DNA of 62,275 nt, counting the filler, from Choristocarpus tenellus KU-1152 (taxonomy: Eukaryota; Protista; Phaeophyceae): assembly GCA_964200185.2 (NCBI GenBank). It is 11 parts of 11 records of this genome, joined end to end, with 100 filler letters (N's around TTAATTAATTAA, not from the genome) between each part and the next. Parts side by side here need not be neighbours in the genome. Positions count along the whole stretch, not along the records: positions 53,383 to 59,188 come from CAXNAD020009708.1; positions 59,289 to 62,275 come from CAXNAD020023126.1; 9 more parts are not named here. The stretch is one strand, 5' to 3'. Both the position numbers and the translations under genes were made by a program. Shown in pieces: positions 54,233 through 62,275 of this stretch. How positions within the stretch are numbered: position 1 is the first letter of the stretch; every line of letters starts with the position of its first letter. A model generated the notes under the pieces. It was not told where the DNA came from, searched no databases, and saw nothing but the letters and a program-made list of their open reading frames with translations.

Positions 54233-57200
54233 CTGCTGAGGATGGTGTCGGCTACAAGACGGTGTTACTGATGCTGCAGATCGTGAACATTGCTGGGGTG
54301 GTGACAGCATGCGCGTGAGCTTCCTGAGGGATATGTCTCTGTCCTCACTAGAAAATCTCCTCTCTGCCAGAGCCATCACCACCTCACAGAACTGGTGCAA
54401 TGGGAGGGGGAGATCATGGGGTCATGTGGGTATTGAGCGTGTCATCAATCAGACACGGGATGGGATGGGATGAGGAGGAGCACACCAAAGCATAGTCAAC
54501 TACTGGCGCATATGTGAAGGCCAGAGGTCAATTTGAAACAGACGTTTTTTCGAGACTGTGTTATACCTTGCTCCTCTGCTTGGTAATGAGGTGGGGCATG
54601 GGGCCGTTTACAAAGTCGTAGAAGTACGCCATAACAAAAAAAAAAAACGTTTCTGGCAGTGCGCCTTGAACACACTCTGGGTGGAGGGAGGGCTCTGAAG
54701 GGAAACACCTGAGGAGATTTCGCCAAGAGATCCGATACTGTAGGCGCTCTCATGCACAACCCGGAGCCACAAACAATCCACAAGGCGACCCTTGAACCCT
54801 AACCTTAACTACAAGAACCTCAATGAACGAACAGAAAATATATTTTCCACCGTAGCACACACACCTCCTCTGCGTCTCTAGGTTGAATAACTGCATTCAA
54901 ATCGGATTTTCCAAAACGAAGAGCCACGAGATAAGAGTTTTTTTCTTTTCTTTTTCAAAGTGGTTGCCTTTTTCATTCAGTTGTGTGTGTGTGTGTGTGT
55001 GTGTGTGCATACCCCCACGATTTCCTCCTCCTCCTCCTCCTCCACCTTTTTCAGGTGTGCGGCACCATGATCCAAAGTATCTTAGAGGGTAGGGCCGCGT
55101 CCGTTCAGGGTCATAAATCCAATAATATTGCGATTTTGATGTAATTTTGGCTATCGTGTTTGTTAGCAAGCGTCAATATCCTTGCCTTCGGACACGCCTT
55201 TTCACAGTCGAGTACATCTTACCTAATCCGAAACATTTTGGAGTAGGTAACTGTGTTCACAGAAAACCGAAAAAAAAGGGCACAAAAAAGCCATGGGAAG
55301 CCAAGCCCCGAACGGACAAACAAGGTTAAACGCCTACCTACCCTCTTAAATGCCTTGGATCCATGTGCACGACAGCTGAGTGAAAGTATCTTAGAGGGTA
55401 GGCTCAAAGTATCTGGGGAGGGGTGGCGGCTGTCCATTTGGGATCAATTTTTTCATGTCACAATTTTTGCGTGATTTGGTTCCGTACGTTTGATGGATAC
55501 TGAAAGTGCACTTTTCCTGGTTTTGGTCTAAATGGACACTCTGGTGTAGAACCCCCACCCCCCCCCCCCCCCCCCATATACTCCGGGTTGTACAAGATTT
55601 GCCCTGTTTTTCCATTTGGGGCTTGGCTTCCCACAGTTTTTTTTATGAAATTTTCCTGGCCTGAAATGTTTTGGAGTAGGTGAAATGTGTATGTTACAAA
55701 AGGTGTGTCCGGAACAAAGATATTGACACTTCTGAACAAACACGATAGCCAAAATTACATCAAAATTGCAACATTGGATTTTGGCGCCCGAACGGACGCG
55801 GCTCTACCCTCTAAGATACTTTACTCACTGCAAGCAAGAGAGGATGCTGCATTCCGCTTTAAAGGTTAGGGTAGGACCTGTATTATCCTAGAGGGGGACT
55901 CAGGTGTTCATCTGGGGCCTGTGCGACCTGTAGGGCTTTCCATATCGTTTGAGTGAATATGTCAGATGTAAGGGTGCTTTTCTTCATCTGAATGCACTTG
56001 CCTTCTCCGCCCTCTTGCCTGAACTAAGTTTGAAGGAAAATCACTCGCAAAAGGGGCATCAAACCGCGGTATCTTGCCACACCTCATCAAGCCCCGAATG
56101 GACAAACTGGGCTAAGCTTCCCCCCCCCTCTAGGATACTATGGCACCAGCCTGTGCAGGGGAACAATCACTCTATGGACACTACATATCTAACACCTTAG
56201 GCATTTCATCTACATCTCCGAAACATAATGCTTAGCCTTTTAATGTCAAGTGAAACCTCTCTTTGAGTGTCACTCGAAACCAGTATCTTATTTTTTTCTG
56301 ATAGTCTCATCACCATATTGCGCCTGCCAGTAGCGAGAGGTCTTTCAGCTTTCCTATTAAATTAATTCTCTGGGAACAAAGCCTGAACTGCCTTGGTTAA
56401 ATGAGATGGCGCGTATAAGCAAGTATCCATCCTGGAGTACTTCAAAATCCAGCAAATACTCCAGGCCTAGGCAGCAGGTCGAGGAATAATATTGATACAG
56501 GCAAAAGGTGAACTCCACGCAAACCAATCCAAGCCCCCGCCATCTAAAATGTTCCTGAACCTTTAGGGCACCAAGTGCCTCCTTGGGTACATAGGCTGAT
56601 CTCCGATCTCCCTGAAAACCCCATGAAAAAAGTCAGCTTGAAATACTCACCCTTTGTTTTTCTTCTCTCTGATCCCAAGACAACAACAAATTATGGCATT
56701 TAAAAAATATATTACTTCGTAGTAATAGGAGCATGAGTTACAACCCTAAAAGGAAACTTCAACACCAACATAGTAGAAGTCGGCCAAAACACACTTGATG
56801 GATCCTACTGATTGTACCTCTGAAGTGAAAGTATTTTGTCAGGAACAAGGATATTGACACTCTCTAGCAAACATGATGCCCAAAATTACATCGAAATCGC
56901 AACATTGGATTTTGGCCCTAAATGGACACGGCTCCGCCCTCTAAAAGATACTTTGGCTCTCTCCAGCCACTCTACTGCACACTTGTGGGGTAGCCCTTTT
57001 CACCATGCGAGTGCTTGAAGAGACGAATGAGAAAGTCAAGGATCAGACCTCAACCCTCCCTCCTTACGTCTCTTTCCTCCCCCCCCCACCCCCCCACCCC
57101 CCCACCCCCCCCAGTTGTTCCCACCACCTCGTGAACACATGCTTCCCACCCCACCCACCTGAACAAAGGCAAGGCAATTCCCCCTCCCATCCCCGCTGGC

Positions 57201-58657
57201 AGTCTTCCCTCTCTTGCGGAGTTCTACATCCACATCAGCCAGGGTAACCCTTGCAGTACCCCTTAGCAAGCCACATGCCTGAATCAGCCGCCGAACTCGT
57301 GATATGGGAACTATGAATCCGCCAGCACTGCAAAGTAGGTTGCAATTGCCGCTGGCCCTGCTGCCTGCTGAACCCTCAAGTAGTTTCTTGAAGGATGAGA
57401 CCAGTGCACACGCAGCAGAGTGGAGGATTCCCTGGAATTGGGACCGTGCATCTGCCATTGCTGCTTCTGCAGCCTTTTTGTTTTTGGAAGGGGGTTGTAC
57501 ACATGCGTCAACAGGAACAGAGTAGGCAGGAGAATGGGGTCAAGGAGCAAGCATTGCTGCTCTTATCCTGCGAAAAGCAAGGATATGGAGTTGAGTATAT
57601 GGGACAGGCGTGTAAGGACTCGGGTTGGAGGAGAGATAGTATACAGTGTGGACACCACTGTGTTGAATGCATCAATTGCATGCACCCCCTTTTTTGAGAC
57701 AATACCACCACACTATTCCTGTGAGGACCTTCAGGCAAAAGAAAAATGCCCTAGAGTACACAAATCCCTAATCAAACCTCTCCTTTATCCCTACCTCATC
57801 AGTAGCTACTAATCTCTAGCCTATGAGATCCTGAACGTGTAGATTCCGACTATTGTATCCACCCTCACCTCTGCTGCACTTGCTGCGGCTGCCCTCGGTG
57901 AGAGGGCCCTGCCCCTGAGCCCTCCTAATCCCGTTGCCATCATCCCCCCAGCCCCCCCGGGGGTCACAGTGGGAGCACAGGGGGTGCTTAGATTGGGATC
58001 AAAATCCCTCAAAAAAACTCTCAGTCCCGCCAGGGCAATGTGTTCCATTCCTTGGTGCAAGTTCACACTACCTATCGACCTCCCCATGTCCGCTGCCTCC
58101 ACCTCCATCCCCATGAACCCCCCTCCTGGACCTGGCACTCGTGTCAATCCCAACGCAATCGGCGAGGCCCCCACCCGCTGCTGCCTGTCATCACCTCCAC
58201 CGTCGACCCCACTGTTGTCTTGGTAGCCCCAGCCGTCCCTGAGAAGTGCTGTAGCCGCTGGGCTAGACGTCTCTGACAAAGATAAGTAAGTATAGTTCAT
58301 GGCACTCGTCACTGCCAACCTGGCAACACCCTTCTCTTGTGGCATAGGGGGGGGGGCAGGCTCATGGTGGATATCTCCCTAGCTCCAGCAGCAGTCCTTC
58401 CTCCGGCCCCACCCTTCTTGCCTCTATCGCCTTGCACCCCACAGCCTTCAACACTGCCAGTACTGCCGACGCCTTCCCAGTAGCGCATCGATGCACGGTG
58501 GGAGGAGGAGGGACCAGAGCTTGGGTGCTGAGGGCGGTATGAGATGCGAGGGCGAGGGCGGTTGCGGGGGCGGGGGCGAGATCGGGGGGCGAGGCCAGAA
58601 CGAATGGAACGAATCTCCTCCTCAGACATGGCGGAACGTTCCGACTCTTCTTGTGCC
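54233..58657 (-). CDS. Unidentified spliced gene, 3 exons visible, with an apparent 1-nt frameshift at a homopolymer
   Basis: Exons 58657-57869 (frameshift at C10, 58356-58347), 57473-57159 and 54391-54233, joined in phase 0 by GT-AG introns. The last junction reads LAFVQ|FCEVVMALAERRF, a helix pattern reminiscent of p25-alpha/EF-hand-like modules (weak). Confidence 0.6.
55069..55361 (-). mobile_element. MITE family A, diverged copy
   Basis: GATCCAAAGTATCTTAGAGGGTA...CCTTGGATC; CAT on both flanks. Confidence 0.8.
55378..55826 (+). mobile_element. MITE family A, split at its left TIR by a family B copy
   Basis: GAGTGAAAGTATCTTAGAGGGTA, then the family B insert, then the consensus resumes GTACAAG... 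to the right TIR at 55826. Confidence 0.85.
55401..55589 (+). mobile_element. MITE family B nested in a family A TIR, apparent TSD GTA
   Basis: GGCTCAAAGTATCTGGGG... inserted at GAGGGTA|, with GTA repeated at 55590-55592. Confidence 0.85.
56823..56959 (+). mobile_element. MITE family A, internally deleted copy
   Basis: Left TIR stub AAGTGAAAGTAT joined to the right half ending GATACTTTGGCTC. Confidence 0.75.
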
Positions 58658-58831
58658 CTGTGTGTGTTGCGTGGTTAGGTATTGAACAATGAGCGGTGCG
58701 GCAAGGGGAGATTTTTGTTGTTGTTGTTGTTGTTGAGGGATACAACAGCACTGTTACTTCGTGTGAAGGGTTTTGACAGAGAGATGGGACCATATGGTAT
58801 TGCCTGGATTATTACCTGCAGTATTAGTATT

Positions 58832-58968
58832 GTAGTAGCAGCAGTAGTAGCAGCAACAGCAGTAGTACTAGTACTAGTAGTGGTAGTAGTAGTGGTAATG
58901 GTAATGGTAATGGTAGTGGTGGTAGTAGTGGTAGTAGTAGTAGTAGTAGTGGTAGCAGTAGTTGTAGT
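58832..58968. repeat. Compound trinucleotide repeat (GTA/GCA/GTG)n
   Basis: Direct reading; explains the poly-V and poly-L ORFs. Confidence 0.9.
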
Positions 58969-59138
58969 TTTGTAGTATATGTACTGTTAATGATACTATT
59001 GTTACTATTTCTACGTAGCAACATTGCTTTCAAATAAGCAAAGTCACAAGAAATCTATGTTCAACCCTTTGGATTCCCTTTTTTTTCTTTTTTTCTCTGC
59101 AGGTTAGCTTGCATACATACGGACATAATACACACTCA

Positions 59139-59188
59139 CACATACATACATACATACATACATGCATACATACATACATACATACATA
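59139..59188. repeat. (CATA)n microsatellite at contig end
   Basis: Direct reading. Confidence 0.9.
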
Positions 59189-59288
59189 NNNNNNNNNNNN
59201 NNNNNNNNNNNNNNNNNNNNNNNNNNNNNNNNTTAATTAATTAANNNNNNNNNNNNNNNNNNNNNNNNNNNNNNNNNNNNNNNNNNNN
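59189..59288. other. Artificial contig linker
   Basis: N44-TTAATTAATTAA-N44. Confidence 0.98.
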
Positions 59289-59527
59289 GGGTACAGCCGC
59301 GTCAATTTGGAACCAAAATCCAATGTTGCAATTTTGATGTAATTTTGGCTATTGTGTTTGTTAGGAAGTGTCAATATCCTTGTTCCGGACATAGCTTTTC
59401 ATAACGTATACGTTATACCTACTCCAAAATGTTTTGGAGTGGAAAAATGTCATAAAAAACCCGAGATAAGCCAAGCCCCAAATGGACAAACAGGGCAAAA
59501 CTCTTACCCTCTAAGATACTTTCATTC
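59289..59527 (-). mobile_element. MITE family A, truncated by contig start
   Basis: Consensus interior and TIR TACCCTCTAAGATACTTTCATTC. Confidence 0.85.
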
Positions 59528-60734
59528 TTACGCATTTAGACAGTGGTATCGGATACATTGCTACCAGTCAGGGTCGTCAGTGTATCATATATCATGCTCA
59601 CGTTGAGGATTAGACCTGTGTTATTATTTGTTTAAAAGAGCGTGTCTATACAAGGTTTAGACAACTAAAATACAATACAACAATCAAACAACCCTTCTCC
59701 ATCTTCTCAGCTAACCTTTCCAAACAATTCACCAGGGCCTGCAATGATACACTGTCCTTCTCAAAGCCGCTATTTATTCCTTAAAACACTATAATGCACC
59801 TCGCCCCTTCCTCTCAATACTCTATGCACCATCTTATGCTTTGTCCAAGTGACGACAAACTAGAACCGATCTAGTTCTCCTTCGAATCTTGGAGGATCAT
59901 ATACCGAACTCCCCAAACGATGCTCCTAAGCACAGCACCAACCCAAGACCTCTAGAAGTGTACCTTGAACTACTTTCAGAGAAACGTAAGACAATAGACC
60001 TTGACCAATAACCACTCGTATACATCTCCAGATTGCGTCCACACCTTACATGAGAGATATAATACACTAACCCGAAAACAAAACCTGAACCTTTTCCCTC
60101 CCTTCATAGCAACAACTTCAACTCTAACACCCTCAGCGACAACCACGTCTGTTTACATACTAAATCCAACACATGCACGCAAATAAATGAAGTATTACAT
60201 TTAAACTGTACATGATATATATGTTTTGGTTCCTCGTGCACACACCGGGAAAACAGCCCCAAACTGGCAGTCCTCTTTGTGTACATACCAGACACGACTC
60301 ATGCAAGTAAATAAACGAAAAAATCGACCTTGCACCAGCCCATAGTCGTTTTTTCAATTCCTCATCCTAACAGTGGGAAAACACATCCTAACCGGCAGCC
60401 CTCTTTATGTGCTAACCAAATCCCACTCATGCAACCAAACGAACCAATATCCAGCCCTGGAACAACCTAACCAATATCTCTTATTCTTCATCGTAATTGC
60501 ACGACCAACATACATAAACCAATAATCCAGTTTGAATAGGCTCGAAATCCGACACATGCAAACGTCGAAACTCCTAACCAAACCCAAGTGAATGGTGGCA
60601 TATGTTCCCATTCATCTTGCGTACGCAAGGACAGGAAGGAACGTAACCAACGGTCTTCTTTTTTTTTGCTGACACTTCAAATCCGACACGTGTGACCAAA
60701 TCACACCAAAAAGTGCAAATCGAAAAAAGGGTGA

Positions 60735-60773
60735 AAAACGGACGCCGACACCCCCCCCCAGATACTTTGACCC
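60735..60773 (+). mobile_element. Family D-like right TIR, possibly the end of a longer element
   Basis: CGGACGCCGACA-C-run-AGATACTTTGACCC. Confidence 0.65.
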
Positions 60774-61877
60774 TAACCACATCAAACCCTGCGCTATCAA
60801 TGCCCAGCATACACTTCAAACATACTGGATAGTGAGATAGTGCCTATGGCAGGAGTTGCAGTATCATCAGTTTACAACTAGTTTTCTTGAGGGCGTGACC
60901 CCAACCTCACCTCAACTCCTAGCACTGTATGTTTGCCAACTCCAAACTTGCACAACAGTGCGCATGACATGATCAGGAGATCTTTGCACAGGCTAAGTAG
61001 GAGTTAGTAATGGAAACTGAGCACCACCACTTGGTTATATTTCATTCTGGAACATTGGAGGAGCACATGCACGCACTGGTCAGATTTCGGACACTCCCTC
61101 GAAATTTCTTGGCCTTATGAATTCTCCTGAACTCCCCATTGCTGGAAGAACTGGAAGGATCAGCAGATGCTCTCAGAGAAAGAGAATCTTGAATATTGAT
61201 ATCCACACAATCCCCTTACACTTTGTGTGTGCTTAACGTTTTCTCATCATAGTTCGGAGGGCAAGAGGAGGACGGAGAGCTGCACTTCGTTCACAAGAAC
61301 ACTGACGGTTCAGGAAACCTCCTTGCTGTTGGGGTCTTGCTTTCTTCTTCCCTGGATTACAGTGAAAATCTGGAGGTGAGGGAAAGGAATAAGGTATACT
61401 GGGCTACCTTGAGGTTTATCATGGTTTTGGAGGGATAACAGAAAATAGGTTTGGGCGAAAAATATCTTGTAGTAAGAGCGATGGGGAGACATAGAACTGG
61501 CAGTGGAACCAACAGGTTTTGTGTTCGATGAGAAAAGCCTACTACACAATGGGATCAAATGATACCAACACAGACCTGAAGTCTTAAACACTGTGCATAT
61601 CCCCTATGAACAAGCTGCAGGATGGCAGGCAAAAACAGCACAACTGCTGCACATCTATACACAATGGAATTGTGGATCATACCAGGCTGAGTCACATTCT
61701 CCGGTTGCGCGTTGTTTTGGATTGAGTTATCACTTCTTTTTTCTCTCGCAGAATTCAGAATTCTTTATTGTTCTAGCTCTGCTGCACAAGCAAGTACTCT
61801 GGAGAAATATGACATATATTTTATTAATCATCTCAACCTTTTTCTGTTTCCATTCTACAAACGTTCTTGTCCCCTCT

Positions 61878-62134
61878 GAGTGAAAGTATCTTAGAGGGTA
61901 CGAGAGTTGCCCTGTTTGTCCATTTGGGGCTTGGCTTCCCTCAGGGATTTTATGACATTTTCCCACTCCATAATAAGTTTGGAGTAGGTAAAATGTATAA
62001 TTTTGAAAGGTGTGTTCGGAACAAGGATATTGACACTGCCTAACAAACACGATAGCCAATATTATATCGAAATTGCAACATTGGATTTTGATCCCCATAT
62101 GGATGCGGCTCTATCCTCTAAGATAATTTGGCTC
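61878..62134 (+). mobile_element. MITE family A, full length
   Basis: GAGTGAAAGTATCTTAGAGGGTACGAG...TAAGATAATTTGGCTC. Confidence 0.9.
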
Positions 62135-62275
62135 TTTTTCCGGTGTGGCATAACAATCCACAATAAATACAGCTCCAACCATACTGGAACAGGATCGCAG
62201 GGACATTAAAAGAATCATTTTCTGCTTCACCGTACGAAATACTGCCTGCAGACCCGTCCTACTTCTACTATGAGG

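Noticed and set aside
58682-59033. Poly-V and poly-L membrane-protein-like ORFs
   Set aside because: Translations of a trinucleotide microsatellite.

Overview
Eukaryotic nuclear DNA, most likely a brown alga or close stramenopile relative. This is an inference from long GT-AG introns, TTAGGG-type repeats and gene content. The window is not one locus: it is 11 short contigs joined by ten identical artificial 100-nt linkers (N44-TTAATTAATTAA-N44), so adjacency across a linker means nothing. Recognisable spliced genes are an OCRL/INPP5B-like inositol 5-phosphatase (3' part), HBS1 (5' part, with a GC-AG intron) head-to-head with a NUP88-like gene, and an apparently complete class-III (GabT-like) aminotransferase, plus exons of three unidentified genes. 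The dominant non-genic signal is a dense set of miniature inverted-repeat transposons (MITEs). Four families share a G(A/G)G-N-CAAAGT terminal motif, are flanked by 4-bp and apparently also 3-bp target-site duplications (TSDs), and insert into each other. They sit alongside a decayed, intron-containing ORF resembling the C-terminal part of a Sola2-type transposase. Also present are a decayed Ty1/copia pol, a short fragment of a bacterial IS701-like transposase inside algal sequence, tandem repeats, and CpG depletion of gene bodies with CpG-richer 5' ends. No rRNA, tRNA or CRISPR array could be supported. All family assignments come from motif recognition by eye; no database search was run.
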